A stretch of 63,997 nt of DNA, filler included, from an uncultured bacterium (lineage in GTDB: Bacteria > Auribacterota > CAZIXI01), in the NCBI GenBank assembly GCA_964543115.1. It is 5 parts of 5 records of this genome, joined end to end, with 100 filler letters (N's around TTAATTAATTAA, not from the genome) between each part and the next. Parts side by side here need not be neighbours in the genome. Positions count along the whole stretch, not along the records: positions 43,642 to 57,814 come from CAZIXI010000064.1; 4 more parts are not named here. One strand, given 5' to 3'. This document shows, piece after piece, positions 48,001 through 56,259 of the stretch. The translations under genes were made by a program, and so were the position numbers. The notes under the pieces were generated by a model. That model made no database searches. It was not told where the DNA came from and worked only from the letters and a program-made list of their open reading frames with translations. How positions within the stretch are numbered: position 1 is the first letter of the stretch; each line of letters begins with the position of its first letter.

Positions 48001-49431
48001 ACTTCTGTTGACGAGGCCACCCGAACCCTGGCCCTAACAGCATTATCGTTTGTTTCTGAAAAAGAAGAGGGAATACTTGACGGGGATGGTAAGGTAGTGC
48101 CAACCGGTTCTTATGTGGGTATTGATGCCGGTCATCCGCATTTTATTGGTGGAATGGGTGATTGGGGGCGCGATACGTTTATTTCTCTGCCGGGGTTATT
48201 GCTCAGTACGGGACGTTATGATGATGCCCGCAGGGTAATTTTAAATTATGCCAGGATTGTGCGTAGAGGGATGATTCCTAATCTATTCGATTTTGGCATC
48301 ACTCCCCGATACAATACTATTGATGCTTCTCTCTGGTATTTTCAGGCGGTGCGGGAATATGTGGCTCAGGTGCCTAATGGAGCGGAGATTCTAAATGAAC
48401 GGGTGGTTAAGAAATATATTAGACCAAACGAAGGGGACAAGGAGGAATACACGTTGTGGGAAATTTTAGAAGAAATGATTGAATGTCATATCCAAGGGAT
48501 TCATTTTGTAGATGATGCCAATGACCCTAATCTCCCCACTATGGATGCTGAAGGGCGGAAGATAGATATATATATGGATCCTGCGGATAAACTGCTTGCC
48601 GGAGGGAATGCCTTTGCCCAATTAACCTGGATGGATGAAAGGGTTGGCGGTGTTGCTTCCACCCCGCGTCATGGGAAGGCAGTGGAGATTAATGCTCTTT
48701 GGTATAATGCCCTGTCAACAATGGCAGAGCTGGCAGCGGCTACCGGGAAAGACGGTGCGGTTGGTGATTGGTATTTTGTGGAGTTGGCGGCCCAGGTGAA
48801 GAAATCATTTAATAATCTTTTCTGGTTTGCCGAAGGCGGATATTTATACGATGTGGTTGAATGTGTGCCGCAAGCAGATGGTATTGTGAATACGATTACT
48901 GAACACTCAAAACAGCTGCGGCCAAATCAACTGTTTGCCTTGAGTATCCGAGAGGAGCTGGTTCCTGCTGAAAGGAAGAAAAGGGCCTTGGAGGTTGTTC
49001 AGCGTCTCTTGTGGACCCAACACGGTTTGCGAACGTTGACCCCTGATGATGGCCTCAGACAGTACCATGGTGCGCACAGAAGAGAAATCGGCAGTTATCA
49101 TAACGGTACGGTTTGGTCCTGGTTGGTGGGTGCTTTTATGGATGCCTATTATCAGGTTTATGCTGAAGATCCTGCTCATGATGTTAAAGATGAAATGCGG
49201 CAGCTGTTGCAGGGGCTGGTGGCGCATGTGTGGGAGAATCATTATACTATTGCCGAGATATTTAACGGTGACCCACCGCATGCTGTTAATTGGTGCGGCA
49301 CATTTTCGCAGGCGTGGAGCGTTGCTGAGCTGCTGCGGATAAGCCTTAGTTATTTAGATGGTCAATTACAGATAGATGAAGAGTCAGATATTCAGCCGCT
49401 GTTAAGGGATGAACTATCTGTTTCTGTTTAA
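45010..49431 (+). CDS. Signal-peptide 4-alpha-glucanotransferase (GH77/GH13-like) fused to amylo-alpha-1,6-glucosidase (glycogen debranching C-domain)
   Basis: N half: GTFTDL, LLPL...PYEQLSPYALNP, FDQPF, FRWDALH, GEQLG, DTHD. C half: WGRDTFISLPGLL, GMIPN, YNTIDASLWY, TWMD, TPRHGKAVEINALWY, RPNQL, GLRTL, YHNGTVW, QAWSVAE. Confidence 0.85.
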   Translation: MLIKRNYYFRIVCALVFILISNLLGINISWTLPQSSNNTLHPGSRFSGNIQEKAVLSAERRFAVPGANVPQHVDTERIKRVGIQSNFYPGSLYTASQGETVTFRVRLEGLTTEELKGFRVLVRTDARSFDAAGEYIEHDIELKEKESERDIELRPAADGSWMAEITAEHCGAFYVTAYIVDPVTNARKWLGGSNAFLTVLPAWGRGASIAVSSLRMMREHDPENTERLGTFTDLIWDIKEKAKLGFNALLLLPLTAPIKHGPYEQLSPYALNPEHIDWGKVSSWPWAVPERAGEDREVLRVLGEHTGFQNWFREQEEKGVAEYFEEYAILRAINLITEQMQVNTAKVYAKFLALNKLVERGIIKLEKEEVEFVRQMVRNIGDYQADTFARDALWLESRIVPAQADRLKEIIKAALARSDKPDMVQARLGADACIIAGGFKRQLWDMFCDSELAAYVESLKCFFIYEQYIAQQQLGEALAIAAESGVNVLFDQPFFPCLAGTIGVFHPDWLEWENEETVRYAGWTPPGEDQYKVHWGNLGCWRYRPGLEQEHIVGSFRYWLRFGFSGFRWDALHFGNERLWRYLSDCCIQGKAVLPIGEQLGGTDEVQQKLLELGYVLYQGTEFRKESIRRLEDTLIGANEYIWFVTSDTHDSPRLYDLFKEYFLVGEAEEADIAMVNRAMLTQFAFASSIFCMVSGSEYGVTERMQTHSPTDRWNMASPQAESARHCDLTEQVKKLNELRHNHPAMKATGNLVRLTNRFSNESSEQGGVSTLARVHQQGSLVLINNLSGCKQTVQLVDIPFATLDINPYRPYRVRNQMTGEERDYLNTRDLGDFTLMPGEGIILEFLPQAAISAENWERQLVGNTAVTRALARLTPLELQQLIYGSVRPGEDETFIVTSHGENLYEAPYAGLMGLKFIFAEETNLPALNYHVLQGHFCEFLATKVLVGAEFAELRNWFYDFLRLPGLADAKRELFSRAIDNVIDNVAARIAGDIPGITSVDEATRTLALTALSFVSEKEEGILDGDGKVVPTGSYVGIDAGHPHFIGGMGDWGRDTFISLPGLLLSTGRYDDARRVILNYARIVRRGMIPNLFDFGITPRYNTIDASLWYFQAVREYVAQVPNGAEILNERVVKKYIRPNEGDKEEYTLWEILEEMIECHIQGIHFVDDANDPNLPTMDAEGRKIDIYMDPADKLLAGGNAFAQLTWMDERVGGVASTPRHGKAVEINALWYNALSTMAELAAATGKDGAVGDWYFVELAAQVKKSFNNLFWFAEGGYLYDVVECVPQADGIVNTITEHSKQLRPNQLFALSIREELVPAERKKRALEVVQRLLWTQHGLRTLTPDDGLRQYHGAHRREIGSYHNGTVWSWLVGAFMDAYYQVYAEDPAHDVKDEMRQLLQGLVAHVWENHYTIAEIFNGDPPHAVNWCGTFSQAWSVAELLRISLSYLDGQLQIDEESDIQPLLRDELSVSV

Positions 49432-49445
49432 GGTAGAGTTTTTTG

Positions 49446-51047
49446 TTATTTTTTCCAGCAGATGGGGGAAAAGGCGATTATTACGGTATAGATTTCCAGC
49501 CGGCCTAAGAGCATGCAGAGGGCGAGGATCCATTTTCCCGACAGGGGGATCCAGGCGTAGTTTTGGCTTGCCCCCACACCGGAAAGGCCGGGACCGATGT
49601 TGCACATGGTAGCGACAACGGAGGTAATGGCGGTGGTGAAATCGTCTATCAGGAAACTCATGATGATGGAGAAGATAATAAAGGCGCTTAAAAAAAGCGC
49701 GACAAAGCCCACGATATTGGATACCTCTTTTTCCTGCAGGGCCTTTTTCGCTATTTTAATCGGGGAGATGATTCTGGGTTGAATGATGGTTTTTACCTCC
49801 CTTAACGCGGATTTAATCAGCACCATGATCCTGACCATTTTTATCCCGCCGCCGGTTGAGCCGGCACAGCCACCGAAAAACATGAGCACCACCAGTAGAT
49901 AACGGATAATGTTGGGCCAGGTATCGGAATCTGCCGTGCAGTATCCGGTAGTGGTGGTGATGGAAGTTACCTGGAAGGCGGCCTGGCGCAGGGTGTCCAG
50001 CGGGGAGTTGATCTTTGCCTGTTGCGCGGCGATCTCTTCCGTAATCTGTTCCTGGTTCAGCGGCTGGTAACGGTAGCTTCTGGCAATCTGGTCGCGGGGC
50101 GCTATTCCCCGGCTAGATAAGACAATGGTAGCGATAGCCACGGCAACAAGAATAACCGCTGTGTAAAAATGGAATTCCCGGTTGTTTTTTACCAGGTCGA
50201 GTTTACGGGTAAACAGTATCCGGTAGTGAATAATAAAGTTCATCCCGGCAAAAAACATGAAGATAATAATTATCCATTGAATATAGGGGCCGTAAGCGCC
50301 GATGGAATTACTTTTAGTGGAAAAACCGCCGGTGGCCATTGTGCCGAACGAATGGCAAAAGGCATCAAAGACAGACATTCCTCCTAGACCAAGCAGAAAC
50401 ACTTCTGCCAGGGTTAAGACGGTATAGGCGCCCCAGAGGATCTTGGCTGTCTGGGCCAGGCGGGGTTTAAGCTGTTCGGCTGTGGGGCCCGGAATTTCAC
50501 CGCGGAACATCTGGTAGCTGGCGATACCAAAAGCCGGCAGAATAGCCAGGGCCAGGGTAACGATTCCCATTCCCCCGAGCCAGTGGGTCAGGCTGCGCCA
50601 GAAAAGGATACCCTTGGGCGCTGCCTCGATATTAGTCATGATCGTGGCCCCGGTGGTGGTAAAACCGCTCATTATTTCAAAGTAGCTGTTGGTAAACGCG
50701 CTGAAGATGTTATGGGCGGTGATCGTATCGGTCTGGGAAAGAAAATAGGTCAGCAGGGGAATAGAGCCAAAAAGGGTCAATAAAAGCCAGCTGAAGGCCA
50801 CAATGGCGAAACCTTCCTTGATGCCGGTACCGTGTATCTCACGGTTGCCGGCGGCCTTGAGGAATAATCCGCAGAAAAACGAGGCGATAATGGCGATAAT
50901 GAAACCCAGCAGGCGGTAGTCAAAGAAAACGTTGGGGAATATTTTTACGGGTATTTCCCAAAAGGCAATTGCCGCGGGGATGAGTAAGATAGCGGACAGA
51001 ATTTCCAGCAGCATGCCGACAGAAAAAAGGATAAATTTTTTGTTCAT
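49446..51047 (-). CDS. trkH: Trk potassium uptake membrane protein
   Basis: SGFTTTGAT, WLGGMGI, ATGGFS, TTTGY, GCAGSTGGG, NIGPG, GRLE. Confidence 0.95.
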   Translation of the reverse strand: MNKKFILFSVGMLLEILSAILLIPAAIAFWEIPVKIFPNVFFDYRLLGFIIAIIASFFCGLFLKAAGNREIHGTGIKEGFAIVAFSWLLLTLFGSIPLLTYFLSQTDTITAHNIFSAFTNSYFEIMSGFTTTGATIMTNIEAAPKGILFWRSLTHWLGGMGIVTLALAILPAFGIASYQMFRGEIPGPTAEQLKPRLAQTAKILWGAYTVLTLAEVFLLGLGGMSVFDAFCHSFGTMATGGFSTKSNSIGAYGPYIQWIIIIFMFFAGMNFIIHYRILFTRKLDLVKNNREFHFYTAVILVAVAIATIVLSSRGIAPRDQIARSYRYQPLNQEQITEEIAAQQAKINSPLDTLRQAAFQVTSITTTTGYCTADSDTWPNIIRYLLVVLMFFGGCAGSTGGGIKMVRIMVLIKSALREVKTIIQPRIISPIKIAKKALQEKEVSNIVGFVALFLSAFIIFSIIMSFLIDDFTTAITSVVATMCNIGPGLSGVGASQNYAWIPLSGKWILALCMLLGRLEIYTVIIAFSPICWKK

Positions 51048-52447
51048 TAGCTAAACAAATGATGCTTAGTGATGGATTTCAGGCTGAATTCGAACCGGGA
51101 GTTGAATAATTTGTTGACCAGATTGAGGTATTTCTTCTGGCAAATGACGATCACTTCATCGTCTTTTTCAATTGTTGTCTGACCGTCAGGGATAATGATG
51201 GAGCTGTTACGGATAATAACGCCGATAATTACTGATTTTTTGAAAAGGCTCTCCAGCTGCTGTAATGATTTACCGGTAACCGGGCTCTTGCTTTTAATGC
51301 GAAAACGACTCACTTCAATATCAGCCGATTCTAACCCCAGGTACGTTCCGATCGGGATCAGTTGCGTTTTTTCGATAATGGCGTTATAGGTGATTTCTTT
51401 CGGATTAATGATGTGATCGATGCCCAGAGAATGAAATAATCCGCTGTAACGGTCGCTGTTTCTGATGGCGATAACGGTTTTGGTGCCTTCGGTTTTAGCC
51501 AGCAGGCAGCTCATGATATTATCTTCGGTGTCCGTGCCGGCAGCAATAAAGCAGTCGGCATGATTGACCTGGATTTCCTGGAGCAGATCACTGTCGGTAC
51601 AGTCGCCATGAATTACTTCAACCTTATCAAGCATGGATGCGGCCATCTGCCCGTGTTCACGGTCGGGATCAACCAGAAAAACCTGTTCGCATAACTGTTT
51701 CAGCGCCTTGGCCAGGTGGATAGCGGTGAGTGAATCACCGGAGACAATAGCTTTTTTTTGTCTGCTTGTCCGGCGGTTAATCAGGGAGCGAAATGTTTCA
51801 AATGATTCTTTGGGCATAATGGTGACTATTTTGTCTCCCGGTAATAGTTTTTGGTCCCCTATTGGGGGCAGGCTTTTTCCTTCCCTGGTAATGAGCACAA
51901 AGAGCAGGGGTGAATCTTTGGCCAGCTGATGGATTTCAGCCAGGGATTTATTAGCCAGCGGCATATCCTTAGTTATCTGGTAACCGCGCAGGTAGATGCT
52001 GTCTGACTGAAAGTTGGCAGTTTCCAGTACGTCCGGTAATTCTATATATTGGAGGATTTTCTTCATTACCTCCCGTTCCGGTTCAATTACGTGGGTTACA
52101 CCAAGTTGTTCCAGATCTATACAGGAGTTCTCAGCCGTATAAAGATCCGACTTCACCCGGGCGATACGTTTCTGCACATTGTGCTGGCGGGCAAAACTGC
52201 AGATAAGCAGGTTGACTTCGTCGCTTGGGGTAACGGCAATCGTCATGTTGGCGGTTTTTATTCCGGCGCGTTCCAGGGCGGCGGGGGAACTGCCCACGGC
52301 ATGGACGACAAACACATCAAGTTTGTTTTTAATCTGCTCACATAATTCCTGATTATGATCGATAACAGTAATATGATGATTCAGCTGGGAGAAGTGTTCT
52401 GCCAGACTGTAGCCTACTGTTCCGGCACCGACAATAATGATATTCAT
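51047..52447 (-). CDS. trkA: Trk potassium uptake NAD-binding protein
   Basis: IVGAGTVG, two RCK_N/RCK_C units, DEVNL and TEDNI motifs. Confidence 0.93.
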   Translation of the reverse strand: MNIIIVGAGTVGYSLAEHFSQLNHHITVIDHNQELCEQIKNKLDVFVVHAVGSSPAALERAGIKTANMTIAVTPSDEVNLLICSFARQHNVQKRIARVKSDLYTAENSCIDLEQLGVTHVIEPEREVMKKILQYIELPDVLETANFQSDSIYLRGYQITKDMPLANKSLAEIHQLAKDSPLLFVLITREGKSLPPIGDQKLLPGDKIVTIMPKESFETFRSLINRRTSRQKKAIVSGDSLTAIHLAKALKQLCEQVFLVDPDREHGQMAASMLDKVEVIHGDCTDSDLLQEIQVNHADCFIAAGTDTEDNIMSCLLAKTEGTKTVIAIRNSDRYSGLFHSLGIDHIINPKEITYNAIIEKTQLIPIGTYLGLESADIEVSRFRIKSKSPVTGKSLQQLESLFKKSVIIGVIIRNSSIIIPDGQTTIEKDDEVIVICQKKYLNLVNKLFNSRFEFSLKSITKHHLFS

Positions 52448-52621
52448 CTTGAGGTATTCTCCGGTTTCTTGGTTGCGCGTCTTGATATGATCTTTATCCG
52501 CAACAGCTTATGCCGCAAAAGGTGATAAGCTCCAGACAATGGCGTGTATTATATATTATCTGTATAGTATTAGGCAACAATTGTTTCTCCGCCAAAAACG
52601 GGAGAGCTGTTCTGGGCCTTT

Positions 52622-53578
52622 TCATTTATGAGTAACGAGTTGAAATATCAATAGTTCCAGCAGCAGCCGCGGCGGCAGGCTGTGGGTGCGCATGGTTAGT
52701 TCCAGGTCAAGCAGCCGGCTGAGATTTTTGCGTAGTTCCCCGACACTGAATTTTTCCGCCTGTTCTACAAACCTGCCGAGAAAAAAAGGCGGGATGCGCA
52801 GTTCCTTGGAGACGGCCTGACGCCCCCTTTTTGTCAGGATATCTTTACCCTGCCAGAGCCGGGTAATCAGCCAGCGTAAAAGACCGATAATATCCGGCAG
52901 GTTTTTGCCCTGGTCAAGCAGGGCGTTGGCCAGGGTGAGGGCCCTGGTGGTATCCTTAGCCTGCAGGGCATTAGTGAGATCAAAACTGTCGTGCAGTTTA
53001 TTAGAGACTACGAGGAGTTGAATGTCAGCGCCGGTGATTGTTGTTCTCTGGCCGCTGTAGGTGGCCAGTTTATCCAACTCCTGTTTAATGCCGGTAAGGT
53101 TATTTTCCAGACTGCCGGCAATCGCGGCCGCATCATTATGGGAAATGCGTTTGCCGGTTTTTTTCAGGTAATCGATTATCCAATTGATTAACTCTTTGGT
53201 GCTGAGATGGTCAAATTCGATGAGGGCAGCTTTTTTTTTTAAGGATTTATAGACTGTTAATCTTTTATCTGTTTTATCGATTAATAACACAAGACAGGTT
53301 GAGGGGTTGGGGTTATCCAGATAGGCAACCAGGGTATCATCGAGAATATGCTTAGCATTTTTTACAACTACCATTCGCCGTTCAGTCAGAAAGGGTAGTT
53401 GTTGGGCTTCACTGATTAATTGGCTGCCGCTGGTTGTTTGTCCGTCCAGAGTAGTATAATTAAAATCAAATGCTTCTTCTGCCTGCTGAGGGAAGCACTG
53501 TTTCTTCAGCTTTTCCAGCGCGCGCTCCCGCAGAAGTTTCTCTTCTCCGATAAAGGCATAAACCGGCTCAATTTTCAT
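52622..53578 (-). CDS. holA: DNA polymerase III delta subunit
   Basis: GEEKLL, QLPFLTERRMVVVKN, ELDKLATY; order holA-lptE. Confidence 0.85.
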   Translation of the reverse strand: MKIEPVYAFIGEEKLLRERALEKLKKQCFPQQAEEAFDFNYTTLDGQTTSGSQLISEAQQLPFLTERRMVVVKNAKHILDDTLVAYLDNPNPSTCLVLLIDKTDKRLTVYKSLKKKAALIEFDHLSTKELINWIIDYLKKTGKRISHNDAAAIAGSLENNLTGIKQELDKLATYSGQRTTITGADIQLLVVSNKLHDSFDLTNALQAKDTTRALTLANALLDQGKNLPDIIGLLRWLITRLWQGKDILTKRGRQAVSKELRIPPFFLGRFVEQAEKFSVGELRKNLSRLLDLELTMRTHSLPPRLLLELLIFQLVTHK

Positions 53579-54079
53579 TTACCAGCCGCCCTCGACTACT
53601 TTTTCCACGACCTCGTGGGCGAGGTCCTCGATAGCGTCGGGCAGGGCTTCCTGTTCTGATTCCGGCAGGGACAGGCCGACAAAGAAGGTTGTATCGCCGT
53701 AGACCTTAGGATAGGTCCAGAGTATTTTCTTGTGGCGCAAGTCGAGGAATTTCAAGCGGACTCCAAGCTGAAGCCGGTATTCGCTGGTTACCTCTTTGTC
53801 GAATCTTAGCGGTTCCAGTTTATAAGTGATAATTTCACCAATAAGCAAAGTATCGGCATCATCTTCTTCGACCACCTCCAGGGTTCCGTCAAAGATTATC
53901 TCCTGGATGATCCCGTTAGTTATCGGCGCGGATAAATCCGGTTCAGGTGTCTTGTTTTTAAACATCGGGACAGCAATCGTTTTCAAGTCTGAGGGGAGCA
54001 AGGAGCCGACGCGATAGCCGCAGCCGTTAACGGTCAAAATTAATAAAGATATGGTGATTGCCACAAGAAAATTCTTCAT
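53579..54079 (-). CDS. lptE: LPS assembly lipoprotein
   Basis: Lipobox VNG|CGY, IAVPMFKNKT. Confidence 0.8.
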   Translation of the reverse strand: MKNFLVAITISLLILTVNGCGYRVGSLLPSDLKTIAVPMFKNKTPEPDLSAPITNGIIQEIIFDGTLEVVEEDDADTLLIGEIITYKLEPLRFDKEVTSEYRLQLGVRLKFLDLRHKKILWTYPKVYGDTTFFVGLSLPESEQEALPDAIEDLAHEVVEKVVEGGW

Positions 54080-55038
54080 TTATTATCTGCTTCCTTTTTC
54101 TTTAGTTTTTCCAGGCGTTTTTGCGCGTAGGCCGCTTCTTCACTGCCGGGAAATTTATCAATGGTTTCCTGATAATACATAATTGCCGCTTTATAATGTT
54201 TATGCTTGTCGTAATAGCGGGCAATATCCAGTGTGCCGGCAGCCTGTCTGCCTTCCAGTTGCCCCAGGGCCTGTTGGACTTTATCCCGGTGAGCGCTTTG
54301 CGGAAATTCTTTCTCAAATTTATGGAAGGCCTTAGTCGCTTGTTTGGCCGCCTGTTTGTCGTAAGAGGCGCCCCGGGATTCTTTATAATTACAAATCCCG
54401 ATCTGATAGAGGGATTCCTCATACAGGGGGCTTTCCGGATAGTTTTCTACTACTTTTTCAAAAGCGGCAATTGCCTCTGTGTATTTTCCTGTTTTTTTGT
54501 TGCCGAGACCGATCTTGAACTGGGCCTGGGGCGCGATTTTGGCAAAGGGGGCGTTATCGACGATTGTCTGCATGATTTCAATTCCTTTATCATAAGCGGG
54601 CAGGATTGAAAACCGCCACAACTTTGTTCTTTTCCCGGACAGGAACATCGCTCCGATCTCATATTGGGCCTGCAGTACCGCGTCAAAATCAATTTCTTTC
54701 GGATAATTCTCAATTAATTTCTGATAACCCTTGAAAGCCTTATAGTAGAACCCTTCTTTACGATAACAGGCGGCGATTTTTTCCTGGGCCTGCGGCGCCA
54801 GCGGGCTGGTGGGGTAGGCCTTAACCAGGCCTTGATAGGCCCGAACGGCATTATTTAATTCGTTTTTTTCTTCCAGTGCCTGAGCGTGTTCCCATTGCGC
54901 GCGGGGAGTTTCCTGCACCAGGTCCTTTTCATTTGCCCAGCCGCCGTCCGGGGTCCAGATCCAGGGAGCATAAGCCGGCTGGCTGATGGAAAGCAAACTG
55001 GCCATAATTGTCAAAAATAATAAAGATTTTTTCAGCAT
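54076..55038 (-). CDS. bamD: Outer-membrane assembly TPR protein BamD
   Basis: Multiple TPRs (YP-SP-A--AQ), YDKQAAKQA, LDIARYY; ATG 55038 preferred. Confidence 0.78.
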   Translation of the reverse strand: MLKKSLLFLTIMASLLSISQPAYAPWIWTPDGGWANEKDLVQETPRAQWEHAQALEEKNELNNAVRAYQGLVKAYPTSPLAPQAQEKIAACYRKEGFYYKAFKGYQKLIENYPKEIDFDAVLQAQYEIGAMFLSGKRTKLWRFSILPAYDKGIEIMQTIVDNAPFAKIAPQAQFKIGLGNKKTGKYTEAIAAFEKVVENYPESPLYEESLYQIGICNYKESRGASYDKQAAKQATKAFHKFEKEFPQSAHRDKVQQALGQLEGRQAAGTLDIARYYDKHKHYKAAIMYYQETIDKFPGSEEAAYAQKRLEKLKKKEADNK

Positions 55039-55054
55039 AGTATTAATATTCACA

Positions 55055-55549
55055 TTAATAGGGGAGGATATTATATACCCAAATCCCAAAGTGGATCACA
55101 ATAACCGTATAGGCGCCGGCAATGATATCATCAAGCATTATTCCCCAGCCGCCGGGAAGATCCTGCCAGTGCCGGGCCGGATAAGGCTTAATAATATCAA
55201 AAAGCCGGAAAATAATAAACCCTGTAATTATATACCATAGCGGGGGGCAGAGGAAGCCTAAAAAATAGTGCCAGTCAGGGCTGAACAGCAGGTACAATAA
55301 ACAGCCCACTATTTCATCGATGACAATTACGCCGGGATCCTTTTTCGCAAATAACCTCTCTCCCGCCGTGCCGGTCGCTACCCCGGCAAAGAAAAGGATA
55401 ATGGTAAAGACTGCTGTCAGCAGAAGGCTAATCTGGCTGAGGCCGAAAAACAATACCAATCCCAGCAGGCTGCCCACTGTTCCGGAGGCAACCGGAAAAT
55501 ATCCCAAACCCAAGCCAGTAGCAATAAGTTTAATAACAAAATTTTTCAC
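55055..55549 (-). CDS. pgpA: Phosphatidylglycerophosphatase A
   Basis: P-ASGTVGS, DPGVIVIDEIVG, FRLFDIIKPYP, GIMLDDIIAG. Confidence 0.93.
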   Translation of the reverse strand: MKNFVIKLIATGLGLGYFPVASGTVGSLLGLVLFFGLSQISLLLTAVFTIILFFAGVATGTAGERLFAKKDPGVIVIDEIVGCLLYLLFSPDWHYFLGFLCPPLWYIITGFIIFRLFDIIKPYPARHWQDLPGGWGIMLDDIIAGAYTVIVIHFGIWVYNILPY

Positions 55550-55599
55550 AGATAAATTCCATTAACAGGCCGGTGGCAAGCTTCGCGCGTGGTCGGAAA

Positions 55600-56184
55600 T
55601 CATTCGTCCATTAGCGTCCGGTTGCTCCAGAAATAATACAGGCCGGTGACAATTGTATGCACCACGGTGAAGAAAGCTAAAATCCACATTCCCATCCTGA
55701 TCCAGCTATCCCAGTTGACCGGCCAGCTGCCGCCGAAGGTCAGGGTCAGTTCTTTCCAGCTGATGGCGATTAAGCCGATCAGGATCGTGGTTGTCTGGGA
55801 AATCATTTTCTGTTTTCCTTGACGTTCCGCGGGGATGACGATTCCTTTACGCATGGCGTTTAATCTGAGTGTAGTGACGGAAAATTCCCGCGCGACAATC
55901 AGAGCGGCCATCCAGGCGGGAAGGTTGATCGGGTCCAGCTGGACGAAAGAAATAAAAGCGCTGGAGACGAGGATTTTATCGGCCAGGGGATCGATTAATT
56001 TACCAAAATCCGTGGTGATTCCCAGCCGCCGAGCTAGGTGGCCGTCATAAAAATCGGAAATGATGCCGATAACGAACAGTCCCAAGGCAAATGTTTTTGC
56101 CCCCGGCGCCGCGATGAATAGAAATATCAGGAAAAAGAAACTAATAACAATCCGGAAGATAGTGAGTTTATTAGCGATATTCAT
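55600..56184 (-). CDS. pgsA: CDP-diacylglycerol--glycerol-3-phosphate 3-phosphatidyltransferase
   Basis: NKLTIFR, DFYDGHLAR...TDFGKLIDPLADK, REF. Confidence 0.95.
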   Translation of the reverse strand: MNIANKLTIFRIVISFFFLIFLFIAAPGAKTFALGLFVIGIISDFYDGHLARRLGITTDFGKLIDPLADKILVSSAFISFVQLDPINLPAWMAALIVAREFSVTTLRLNAMRKGIVIPAERQGKQKMISQTTTILIGLIAISWKELTLTFGGSWPVNWDSWIRMGMWILAFFTVVHTIVTGLYYFWSNRTLMDE

Positions 56185-56259
56185 AAAAAGCGGCGAGCTC
56201 AGCTCGTGGTTTATAGTTAATAGTTTATAGTTAACTCAATTTTGATATTAATACTTGAT

